Shown here: positions 41,200 to 53,018 of the stretch, in pieces | Layout of the letters: every line of letters starts with the position of its first letter | Position numbering within the stretch: position 1 is the first letter of the stretch | Assembly (NCBI RefSeq): GCF_036321535.1 | Contig: NC_087438.1 | Coordinates: 14,076,001-14,140,000 of the forward strand | From: Camelus dromedarius | Taxonomy: Eukaryota | DNA length: 64,000 bases | Reading direction: 5' to 3' | Notes under the pieces: model-generated | The model's input: only the letters and a program-made list of their open reading frames with translations | Database searches by the model: none | Told to the model about the DNA's origin: nothing | Position numbers and translations under genes: made by a program

Positions 41200-41650
41200 T
41201 GTAACATCTATGCCCTTTTGGGTCCAGCCTTGTCTCTCTCTTCTCTACTTCTTATTCCCTAAATTGTAGGTTCCCAGTCTTTTTGAACGTCAAACACACA
41301 AACTACTTCCCATCGTAGGATCACTCTTTCACTATACACAGACTATGCACCACCATTCTCAAAAGTCATACACAAGCATAGCATCCACTTTGTTGAATTA
41401 GCTCCTATTCATTTTTAGATGTTGGCCTGTCCCTTCCTCAGAGAGTTCTTCCCAATCAAGGTTTTACACTACACACCATGTACAACTTCTTTCATAACTT
41501 CGTCACAGTTTATAGTTGAACATTCCTTTATGTGAATGTTGGCTTAATATCAATGTCTCCCAAGATATCTGCCTCATTCATCACTATATAAACAATTCTA
41601 GCATAGTGACCAAAACTGAGAGGTGTTCAACAAATTCTGAATGAATGAAT
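41200..41650 (+). mobile_element. L2 3' end
   Basis: ttcatcactata...ctagcatagtgacc...gttcaacaaattctgaatgaatgaat, the L2 tail repeat. Confidence 0.7.
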
Positions 41651-42369
41651 ATAGCCTAGTCTTCAAACTTTGTCAAAATAAACTCAGCTGTAATCAAGCT
41701 AAAGTTCCAAACAATGCAAACAAAAGAAAATACTATTATTTTAATTTCTTATATTATAGACTTTTTTATTTTTTAGTGTAGGATTTCACATCATATTATT
41801 TCTAATGTCTATGAATGTAGTGAAATAAATTATATATAGGAAACATAAATAATCCTAGAGGAAAGAAAGTGATTATATTTCACTCTGTGATTCTTGTAAT
41901 AAATGCCTGGCATTTTCTTCATGAAAATTAAAAAAAAAAAAAAACAAAAAAAACTATGTCTTTGAATATCCTCCAGGCTCAACTTCCAAACTAAATGCCT
42001 TTGTTATTTGAGGCCTGGTGCAAATTAATGTTAAAATATTCATTAGATAAAAATCAGTAAAATAATAAAACAGATTTCCTGAGAATATTCTAATATCTAT
42101 GTTGAAAACTATTTATTTCCTTAGGTCCAACACCTGTTGAAATAAATCAATCCATATCAGTTATGAAATATAATAAGATATTCAGAAAGTATATTTATAC
42201 TCTTATCTTTTTTGGGAGCATTTGAATTTTTATTTCTACAATTCCATGAAAATATTGAAGCATGGTAAAAACATACTATTATTTATATCCAGAAGAGACA
42301 TTAAAAAGATTATCTAATCCAAATCTTGCTTTTATGTAAAAAAAAAATCTTGAGGTAAGATATGATCAT

Positions 42370-45165
42370 AAAAATGGCAGACAAAGCTAATAAAGACACC
42401 TCTTACTATAAACAGCAAAAACAGTGTGTTAAATTAAAAGTACAATACAACTGAGATAGAAACATTGAGAGCTAATTCACTGACGAAAGGAAGAGAGAAC
42501 TTAGTACCAGGAAGGTCATTTCCAACTGGCAGACATTTGTCTTTAAGGGAAATTAAACTGGATACAGGCCATGGGCACCAAGATTTGGTTTTTATATCAC
42601 CTGAAGATTAGAATATATTATTTTCAGTCTCCTCAAGGTATAGAATTAGAATGGAGGTATCCGAACAAAGCCAGACTGCTTGAAAACAAACTCCATGAAA
42701 TCAAAATGAGCTCTCTACCCACCAGCTTTAAAAAGTAGCAAGGAAGCTTGTGGTCTGTTAAGAGCTCTTAGTAGAAAAAAGTTTCCTGTGATAAATTAAA
42801 ACCTAAACTTGCAGCCTAGAAAAAAGATTCATTTTTGTGTTGCTAGTGTTCTTTTGTTACTGTTTCCATTAAACTTATGGATAAGAATCCATAGTTTAAA
42901 ATTAAAAATTAATATTTATTCAGATTTTTCAAACTAAAGGGTTATCAGGAAATAAAAAGGTAAGTTGCTCTCTATGAATATTTCTCAAGCTATATTTTAG
43001 AGGAATCCCACCAAAATCCTCATTGCCATTTATCACCCACTATTGAAGACAGATGATTATAAAATTTTAAAAGGCATACCAGGATCAAATCTCTGAGACA
43101 GATAGTGAATAGACAAAGAAATATGCAAATTATTCAAGCACAAAAATAATAGTGGTTGAACAAGACTGTGAAATAGGTGGTCTGCCATAATTAAAGTCAT
43201 AAGGAAAGAAATAAAGGTCAAAATGAAAGGACAGGTCACATATAAAAAGGAGAAAAAGAACTAAAAAAAATCCAAGCTAATATTCACATTTAAGTCAAAG
43301 AATATACTTAACTACTCAACTTAGCTGAAGAGAGGATTAGAGTGCTAGAAATAAATCTTACAGAAATGATATCAAATAGAAGTTTTAGAATGAAACAATA
43401 AATGAGGAAAAAAGAAATTCAAAGAAATAATGGATGTTATATTTCTATAAAGTGTAAGTATTCTAATAATCATACAAAAATACTGATTTCATTCTGCTAT
43501 GGGCTGAAGTTTATACCATCAAAATACATATTTGAGGTTCTAACCCCTAGCACCTTATTTGAACATAGGATCTTTATAGAGGCAGTCAGGTTAAAATGAG
43601 GACATTAAAGTGGACACTAATCCAAAATGACTGATGCCCTTATTAAAAAGGAAATTTGGACACAGATGCTTATATAGGGAGAACATCATGTGAACATAAA
43701 GACAGCAATCTTCAAGCCAAGGAGAGAGGCTCAGAAAAGATCCTTCCCTCAGAAACTACAGAAGCAACCAAGTCTGCTGACTAGATTTGACATCCAGCCT
43801 CCAGAACTGAGAGACAATACATTTCTGCTGTTCAACCACTCAGTTTATAGTACTTTGTAACTGACGTTCCAGTTAATCAATACATAGATCAAGAAAAAGA
43901 AAACGTAAAAGAAAAAGAAAGCCACCGCCTGCCAAAAAAAACCCTTCAAAGCCGAGACACGTTAGTAAATCTACAGACCACAAAGGACACAGGTAATCCT
44001 GAAATCAACCTAAGGGAAAAAGGAAAACTTTAAAAAGGAATTTCAGCAGATTTCTCATCATCAAACATGGAGTCCAGAAGAGAATATATCTTCAATAAAA
44101 CAATGATGGAAAAATTCATCCTAGAATCCTATACACAAAAAACAATGATGCAACACGAAAAAGAAAGATAACTTTTATTGCTTCTAGGCTAAATAGAAAA
44201 ATAAAAGTAAAGGCTGTATATAAGCAATAAGAAAATCAAACCAGGAGAAAGAACAGGGATGGAAGCAATGCAGAACAATAATGTTGGTAAACACGGGTAC
44301 ATCTTAGCAACACTGAATGCCTAAATGATTTTCATAATAAAAAAATCTGGAAAGTAGATTATAAAAAATTGAGGAAACAAGATTATAACATGAAACAGGA
44401 GAAAGTGTTTAAACAGCCTAAGATATTTGTATTGTTTAGGATAGTTGTAAAGGCATCAATTTTAAGCTTTATAAAGTACAAGTTAAAAAGAAATTGGGCA
44501 TAGTCATATTTCAGTAAAAAGTAAAAGAAACCTAAGAAGTTTGAAATAGAAGTCAAGGGAGTAAAATGTTAAGTATGTTAAACATAAATAAGTATATACT
44601 GTATACATTAATACTAGTAACAGTAAGAAAAATAACGAGCAATTGAATGATTTAAAAACAGTTTGGCTTAGTAGGCATGTAAAAATTAGAAAACACAATG
44701 ATGTAATAAAATTTGGTCATTCTATGTCATTGTATAGGAGGAAGTAGACATTAAGTTATGATATGAAGTCAACAGTGCACAAAAACATTAAGATCAAGCA
44801 CAAATGTCAAAATCTACAACATAAAACTTTCAAACCAATGAAGAGAAACACCAAAAGTCATTACAGTAGAATAAAAGGAGAGAAAAAAAAAGGAACAAAC
44901 AGAAAACATAGTGCCTGTAAAATACAAAATAGATTAGTAATAATAAGTCCAAATGGATTAAAAATCACAATAAACAATGGAATAAAGCCATTGCTTACAA
45001 AAATAAATGATCAGATTGCATTAAAAAAACAACTAACTAAAAGTTAAGACTCACCTACATGTGTATTATAAATGACACATGTAAAATACCATTATAGTGA
45101 TGTAATGGTATGAACAATATATTCAAAAACATTTTGATCATGAGAAACGTTATATAAGGATGTCA
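42370..45165 (+). mobile_element. Very old L1 5'/ORF1-region relic
   Basis: Starts aaaatggcag; ORF1-like remnants (gctgaagagaggattagagtgctagaa, cagcagatttctcatca, cctagaatcctataca); strong A-skew. Confidence 0.5.
43496..43884 (+). mobile_element. MLT1B-like MaLR LTR
   Basis: tgctatgggctgaa...gttaaaatgagg...ctaatccaaaatgactg...aagccaaggagagaggc...cagcctccagaactgagagacaatacatttctg...aataca. Confidence 0.85.
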
Positions 45166-45169
45166 ACAT

Positions 45170-45643
45170 CACATCAAAGCTGGCACTATTGCCATTTTGG
45201 GCTGGATAATTCTTTTTTGGTGGGGAAGGGGTGTTGTCCTGCGTGTTGTAGAAAGTGTAGCAGCATCCTGCATTTACTAACTAAACGTCAGTAGCACCCC
45301 AGCCCTACTTACCACAAGCAAAAGTGAGGTCCATGTTAGGACTTTCATGGACCCTTGGCCCTTTTGACTTTGTGGGTCTTCTTTTTTTCAATTAAAACAC
45401 TAAGTTCTGTTTGCAATTGCATGGATATAAAAACTCAAATAATATAGCATGAATTATATTCATTTTCATATTTCATTCTTATTTAAAAATATATTAAAAC
45501 ATTTTTATGAGCCTTTTAAGCATCTTTGAGTATAGTGATTATGTCAACTAAAACTAACAGGCAATTTAGCTGGGGTGAAAGATGTGTCCAGACATTGCCA
45601 AATGCCCCCAGGGGTCAAAGTCACCTCTGGTTTAGCATCACTT
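45170..45643. mobile_element. MER20 interrupted by an ORSL-like hAT element (~45328-45572)
   Basis: MER20 left part: ggcactattgccattttgggctggataattctt...cagtagcacccc. MER20 right part: gtgtccagacattgccaaatgccccc. The insert carries gactttcatggacccttggcccttttg. Confidence 0.7.
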
Positions 45644-47168
45644 ATACACACAAACATACATATACACATGCACACAAACATGGATGGGTGTGTTTGTATA
45701 ATAATATAAAGTTTGCAATGTAAATAAATACATATACTGTGCCCATAACATATTTTATGGTTTGTATTGATGTTTATGTTGATGACATTTAAAAAATATT
45801 TCAGTGTAGCATTAAGAAGCATTATATATAATGAATTATAAATATAAAATATAAATAAATAAATTATAAATATAAATGAATTATAAAATATAAGGTAATT
45901 CTTTAATTACTTTAAATATTTTAAAATTTAAGTAAATGTCACTTTTCTCTAAAAATATAAACTTAGTGAAATCTGATTTCCTTAAAAAAAGTTTCTGTAT
46001 CACTACAAATTAAATGAAGTATATGCCAAATCAAATTCCTTTTATACACCCAATTTCTTATAGGACTGGATCTAAATAGTTAAATTTCCATGACTACTGA
46101 GAAAATTCTATATCCATATGGAACTGTGTGCCATAAATTAATTTCACATGACATCATGTCATCACACTGTCACTTGTATAAAATTCAAATGTCATGTTTT
46201 GATACAGGAAGTTTTTCATTTCAAAGAAGTTATGATAAAAATGTTCATAAAATTATCATCTTGACAGTATTAGATGACAATTGGGACCTTTACTTGCTGT
46301 GCATTTAATTTTTAATTCAGAGTTCATGATGACATTAAAGAGGTCATTTTTTTTTTTCTGAAAAGCCTGAACCTTCTCATTCCTTTTTACATAATTTATT
46401 CTCTCTTTAACCTCAAAATCATTTATTTAATTTGAAGCTACAGTACTTCATATTAAAAGAGATTTCAAAGTTCTTTTTTAAAGAAAGAAAAAGATGTCAA
46501 ATAATGGCAGTAATAGGAGTGATGAGAGGGGAACTCCATGCACTATATACTCGAAACCGATTTTCACTGAGACTCGGGTATCTTACAGTTTGTTCTTTGG
46601 CACTGCCATAACTAATCCCTCTTCCCATGAAGAGGTCACTTACCTGTTTTGAGCATCATTGCCTTCTATTACTTGAGGAATTTGGCAAGATGATTTCTTA
46701 GCTCCTTTATACTGCTAGAAATCCTTTTTTACTCTCTATGTGTTGTTGTTTTTAGCAGAGCAAGTTGGGAATAACTGCCTAGAAACTACACTTACCTACT
46801 CACACGTATGGGACATGGGTACAGAGGGGAGTTAGAGAGGTATATTTTGAGTAACTAAATTCTTAATAGATATAAGCAATATTTTCTACAGATGATAGTT
46901 TAGGTCTAGAAAAACTTGTAACAATTATAAAAATACACACCATAAATTAAAGGAAGTGGAAATAGCAGAATTCACTTGCTTATTCTGAAAAAATCTAAGT
47001 ACTTATTAACTTGTATTATCAAATATATCTTTAATGTCAATATAGCCCAAACCCCAATGTAAAACAGTTAATAAGTTATATCTCTTAGCCTAAAGCACAC
47101 TGCTAAGTAGTAACACACATTTTGGTGTTTTACCTTTTGTTTGTGATTTTTTTATTCTATTCTCTTTA

Positions 47169-47348
47169 TTTTTGTATTTTTTATGTTTATAAGTTTTTTT
47201 TTTTAATTTTAACCTTATTTTTATTTTGGGGGGAGTAATTAGCTTTTTACTTACTTATTTATTTTAATAGAGATACTGGGGATTGAACCCACGGCCTCCT
47301 GCATGCTAAGTATGGGCTCTACCACTTGAGCTACACCCTTACCCTCTG
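47169..47348 (-). mobile_element. tRNA-derived SINE (camelid Vic-1-like)
   Basis: The minus strand reads GGGTGTAGCTCAAGTGGTAGAGC...CTTAGCATG...GGGTTCAATCCCCAG (A and B boxes), then an A-rich tail. TSD TTCTATT(C/G)TCTTTA at 47155-47168 and 47349-47362. Confidence 0.85.
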
Positions 47349-47989
47349 TTCTATTGTCTTTAATTATCAGATAATGCAATGTGGATAATATCCACTGACA
47401 GATACCCTGAAGTAAGCATAGCATTTCCTTTATTTATTATACAAGAATGTTTGGCCAATTAAAGAAGTTATCTATAATGTTTTTAAAATGAAAATAATAT
47501 GCATTTACAGAGAACACCTAGCTAATCACAAGCAGTTATCACTTGAAATACATAGTTTATTGCCAGTAATTGTGCGTTAAAAGACATTATTTCCAATGCA
47601 TATCCTTAGTTAAATTCTAATAATTATGCATATTTTAATATCCCTAGCATGTACCAGTAAGAGTCAATAGACTTTGCAATAACAACACAAGGATACATTC
47701 TGTTGGTAAATATGAGACATATATACAATACAGCCAATAGCTAATGGCTAAAATAAGCATTCATATGTACTCTAAATTATAATTTCTGATCTCTAAAATA
47801 AGAAATTTCACTTCTACATGATTCTTTTTATTCAGTAAGTAATATTTTTCTAGCACATGTGATAAACTAGATAAGACCTGAAGAATGCTTTTTTTATCTA
47901 CTGCCACTAATTCTGAACAGCAATAGTCTCAACTATTAGAAGAATCCAAGTAAGAAAATATATAGTTTTAGTCAAAGGAACACTAAGAA

Positions 47990-48560
47990 TTATTAGATTA
48001 AAATAATACATTTCTATAAAGCAAAAATTGTAGACCAAATCAAAAGACAAATGGCAACTGTGAAAAAATCATTGATAACATATCACTAGCAAAGAATTAT
48101 TACATCTGTTACATAAAGAGCGACTAGTATTACATGTTAAAAAGACTAGCAAAAGAATACAAAGCAAGGGCCTGAAGAGTCAGTTAGTATAAAAGAAATA
48201 CTCATATCTCCTCAACTATGAAAAAATGACCAATTTCACTCATAAGAGAAATGTAAGTTGAAAGTACACAGGGATGCAATTTTTCACTTTTTATATTTGC
48301 AAAATTCCAACTTTTACAATCCCACCTGTTGGCATTGCTGCAGAGAAATAGTTACTCTTATATAATCACCAAGAGAGGTGCAAGATACTATAACACCTTT
48401 GGAGGAGGATCTGGTAATATCTACCAAAATTAAAGACTTATTTAGTTTTGAATCATAATTCCACTTCTGAAAATCTCTCCCACAGATATACCTACATGTA
48501 TGCTAAATGATGTGTGTCCGAGGACATTCGTTACACTACTGCATATAATGCAAGAAAACA
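47990..48560 (+). mobile_element. Ancient L1 (L1ME-like) ORF2 3' relic
   Basis: tcaaaagacaaatggcaactg, ttcactcataagagaaatgtaa, aattccacttctgaaaatct. Confidence 0.65.
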
Positions 48561-48914
48561 ACAGTGAAAACAAAAACACCAAGAGGTAATGAACATTCAT
48601 TAAAATAATAATGGGAGAGGGAACACCAGTGTGAAAGTGGTGAAGTAAAGAACCCCCAAAATTCTCACCTCCATAAAAGCAATGATTAGTGAGAGAGACT
48701 TTTGTCTGAATAACTTCAAATAATTATTACAAGTATTAACAATGACCGCAAAAAGTTATGGTTTAAGGAGCACTTTTCGGTGAATTAGCACATCTGATCA
48801 TTACAGTAGGTATTGAGATACAGTCTGTGTAAATAAAGAGGAAATATTGCTGCTTCCAAAGCATTCACAGTCTACGAGGTGAGGCAGATACCTTACCAGG
48901 TGCTTCAAATGCCT

Positions 48915-49226
48915 TCTGTAATGGTCATTAGGAAATACTTTAGATTTTGCAGACCTTACTCTCTCTTATCGCTACTCAGTCCCACCACTGTAGCTTGAAA
49001 ACGGCCACATGCAATACACAGATGCAAGTCTGGCTGTATTCCAATAAAACACTGTTTATGGAAACTGAGGTTGGGCTTCATTTAATTTCTATGTGTCACA
49101 AAAGAGTACTTAAAAAATTTTTAATAGTTAAAAAATCTTAAAAAAATAAAATTTTAGTATGCAGGCAATACCAAAATCTGCAACTGGATGAGTTTGGTAC
49201 ACAGGCTGCTGCTTAACTGACCCATA
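48915..49226. mobile_element. MER58B-like hAT-Charlie element
   Basis: aaatactttagattttgcagacc...gctactcag...ctggctgtattccaataaaac...tgtgtcacaaaa. Confidence 0.75.
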
Positions 49227-52200
49227 ATCTAAACTATAAACCGAAGTTTATAACACACTTAAATTAGTCATAGAAAGGTCAAGCGAGATTTCTCAGTGTT
49301 ACATTAAGGAGAAAGAAATGCAGGGGATTAAAGAGACTTGCCAGTTGTAAATACAGTTAATAAGCAGAGAAGCCTTAACTGAAACCTGGATCTTTACTCA
49401 CTAATCAGTATTATCTCATGAAGGCAATGAGTCTACTGCAATGATAGGTGTGATATGTGGCCAGCATTTTAGGAAGTGTGTTGTATCTTATATGAAATTA
49501 CATTCTTTGTTATAATAGGGATTTATTCAGCGCTGTTCAACTTTTGAAAAATTTTAAAAAATGTTAGACCAGGTGGTCTATGTTAGTTTTTACATGATTT
49601 TTGGAAAAGAAAGAACACGATTTTTTAAAACCTATAATGATACTATCATATAATTTGTTCCAAGAAGAAAGGACTTACTTGACTTACTTGCTAACAAACG
49701 TGCTTAACCTAATCTTTCAAGTATTTTTAAAAAGGTCTTTAATAAGTCCACGAGATCAAATCCATGAGATATATTTATATACTAATTTTGGTATTTGACT
49801 GCTCATGGCCATTGCATTCTGGAAAAAAATTATGGATTGTCAACTCTATTTATCTGTATATATGAATAATTGTATATATATTTAATATATAGACGGTAGA
49901 TACATTACACATGTATATATATAGTTGTACTATTTACCATTAGAAATTGCCTTATGATCATGGCCTTATCCTCATAAAAATATGTCTTAGGAGTGAATAA
50001 TATATGCTGACCAAATGTCAACAGAATAAGTTCCTCCATAATAAATCAAATCATTAAGGAAGAAAGCCTAAGAGAATTATCATAAAAAATATAAGAGAAG
50101 TTGGTAAGTGTCAAAACAGTTAGGCTTGAGCTCTTATCAAACGTTCAGATGATGATGTTTTAGAGTGTAATATATAACTACAGATATACAAGATTACAGT
50201 TAAGAACTCAAGGATAATTTGAAACAATTTAAAACAAACATATAATGAATGTAGAAAATATTATTTTAATATCAGAATTGCATTCTATGATTCTTATTTC
50301 GTTTCTGTTGACAGAATCCTGGCTGGCATTTCTTTGACAGGGAGAAGCTAAGGAGATGTTTTTCAGCAGTTTGGAGGTGTTCCCTTCTCTTGTTCATAGA
50401 AATTGCAATGATTCTATCTTTTATTCAGGAATACCTTGAAAATACATGGTTGGTTCATTATGAGTGTATTTATCAGTGTGAAATATAAATTCACTTCTTA
50501 AAAATAATGGGACAGGAGGGCATTATTATAAGTACATGTGCATTGTTAAGCTTTGCAGGGTTTTTTTTTTGGTCACAGTTATATATGTATGTATGTATGT
50601 GTGCTTGTATGTGTGTATGTATGATATATGTGTGTATATGTACATATGGTGGGGTGGATGATGAAGGGACAAAAATGGGTACAACCAAGTTTGAATTGCT
50701 CATAAAGGCAGATGAGTATTGAGTAGAAAAACTGAGTGAGGGGGCCCAGCTCAGATAGGGCATAAGAGGATCACACCCTTGGGTGTGACCCTTTTTATCA
50801 GTTAATACTACAAACAATAGATTGGATATCAAATCCCACAAAACCTCCACAAAGGAACAGTTTCACAGGCCTCACCTTCTCCTGATGAGTAACAAACTCT
50901 CAACCGTATGGTCATTGGCACCCAAGCCCAGAAAGATTGCTTGTAACTAATCTACCTATTGAGATTTTATCTTGTACTAAATCTAGTGACACGTCTGCCC
51001 CCAAATGAGAAGCTATCTAATCTTTTCTTGCCCCTTTCTAGCAGGTTTTTTGTTTCTTAGTTAAATAAAATGTTAGGAAATATGCATAACAAAATATATT
51101 AATAGTAGGTATGTATGTGTGTATATATACATATTTCCTTTTGGTATACTCCTAAAAAGGAAAAAAAATCTGTTCCTTTTTTCTCTCCTTTTCAAAGATT
51201 GAAAGGATTATAGAAAAATGATTTTTGAAGTTCATAACAAAAATAAATTCCTAATAATTCAATATATTATGTTTTTATTTTAGTGTATTTGTTTCCATTT
51301 ACTTCATGGAATACATTGCAGGGGGAAACAGTATAGAATGAAGATGAAGGGCTTTTTGTCTCACTTTAATAAGCATGTAAGAAAAGGACAGAATTGCTAC
51401 AGACCTTTTTTGTGTGTTTTGTATTCTGACTCCATAGCTCCTGCCTTGTATGGAAAATACAGCTGCAACCCAGTCCCTGTTGGACGACGGATAGAACAGA
51501 TGGCTTGTGATCCTGTACTGCCTGCAAATTAGGGAAGCACCATGGCTTGGATGAAGTACTTTTTTTTTCTTTTTTTTTTTTTAGTACTAACAGTGCTAAA
51601 GTGAAAATAAATAGTCAAACGGGGAGATGGAAGTCACGGAGCCTGCAGTCACGATGCGTGTGCTGCTTCTCCCCCAGGTGCTGGACAAACCTAAGTGTGG
51701 CTGCTTCCAACAATCAGTAATTTATTCCAAGCTAGACCTCTCCACTTCCCACTCTGTTCTTTACCCGAGAGCCTCGGTGATGCGTGCTGAAACTGGGTCC
51801 CCTATGACTGAGCACACAATCCCCCATAGCCACTAAATTGTCCTGTCCATATTTCTGACAGACAGTGAAGCTGTTCTGAAGCTGCTGATCATTTTTGCCA
51901 ACTTCGTTCTTTTAGGATTTCTAACAAAACCTAGAGATTAAGTACATCCAGTGTGTATTTAATCTCAACTTAAAATGTATCAACATTTTTATGGAACTTA
52001 ATTTGGAGGATTGGAAAAATACCCATGTGCTTTTAAAGGCTGAGTTAAGTTCTAACACTCTCTTTGTAACAATTAACAGAAATATATTAGATGTCTTGTA
52101 TATACTGTCTTCTTTTTAGCCTCATGTGCAATAGCAAAAGATGAAAAAAACTGTCAATATCAATATATCAATAAATGACATCGTGAATTCCAGTATACCT

Positions 52201-52534
52201 TCAAAGTACTAAAGACAAAATTACTCGATTGTGTGTTTAATTAAGGGTTTCCATGCTACATGAGAGAACAGAAAGAGTAATATGCCGGTACAAAAACATT
52301 CAGTCTAGTACATATGGACCAATATTTAGGGAGAGTGACATGATTGGTGAAGTTCATTTTTTATAATCATTATTTTAAACTATTTACTTTAGATAATCGC
52401 ATTCTATAATGTAATTCACTTAAAGTTCCATGCCTCTTCAAATCCAACTCCAACCTTACCCTCATCTCACTCCACAGTTTCCCAGAAGAGGGAAAAAAAA
52501 AAAACAAACAAATAACAAATAAATAAATACTTAC

Positions 52535-52762
52535 TTTTCCAACATATTGTGGATCTGGTCCCATATGTTCTTCTAAAACAAAGAACTGATTCCAAACCCA
52601 TCCCCTTTTGGGACGGTGGTGGACTTCGGTTTCACCTTCAATGTGTTTGGTTTGGTTTCTGGTCACCTTGATGGAGCCTTGGTGAGCAGTTCCATAACAC
52701 CTCTGCACAAAACAGAGACACACTAGGACTGGACAGATGCAAGATGTGCTCGTAACTTTCAT
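52535..52762 (-). CDS. CDH18: Cadherin-18 (type II classical cadherin), first coding exon, 76 codons; partial CDS
   Basis: Translation [76 protein letters not shown] matches the CDH18 N-terminus as I recall it. It has a hydrophobic signal peptide, the RPKR furin site and the type II W2/W4 motif GWVWNQFFV. It ends at a phase-0 donor AAA|GTAAGT (GT at 52534-52533). The rest of the 130-aa ORF is intron read-through. Confidence 0.96.
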
Positions 52763-53018
52763 TGTAAGATAACTTTCCAGTTCACGGTTTTCTTGCCTTT
52801 CCTTGACAGCTCCAAATGCTTAATAAGCATTCAAGAGAGAAGCCAGAGCATCTTTTAGAAGGACAGTCCAAAGTAAATTGTTTAGCGTGTCCATGATTTA
52901 ACTGTCCATCAGGGAAAAGTCAGACTGCATTTACATCCTGAAACACTTGGAGAATCAAAGCTGTAGCTGGCCGATTCTAAGTCTTCACAGTTGGCGAACA
53001 GGGGCAACCATTTTCTAC
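52763..53018 (-). other. CDH18: 5'UTR part of the CDH18 first coding exon, with splice acceptor
   Basis: On the minus strand a polypyrimidine tract and AG (TTTTCTCTCTTTCCATTAG|GTAGAAAATGG; AG at 53020-53019) lie 256 nt upstream of the ATG. The interval is non-repetitive. Confidence 0.85.

Noticed and set aside
45086..45111. Short hairpin ATACCATTATA-gtga-TGTAATGGTAT
   Set aside because: Short, AT-rich and within decayed L1; plausible by chance.
47270..47345. Possible tRNA-Ala gene
   Set aside because: The stems are degenerate and it has an A-rich tail and a TSD, so it is a SINE head.
52370..52534. C-terminal 54 aa of the 130-aa ORF as real coding sequence
   Set aside because: It begins exactly at a GTAAGT donor and runs through T-rich intron sequence with no cadherin similarity.
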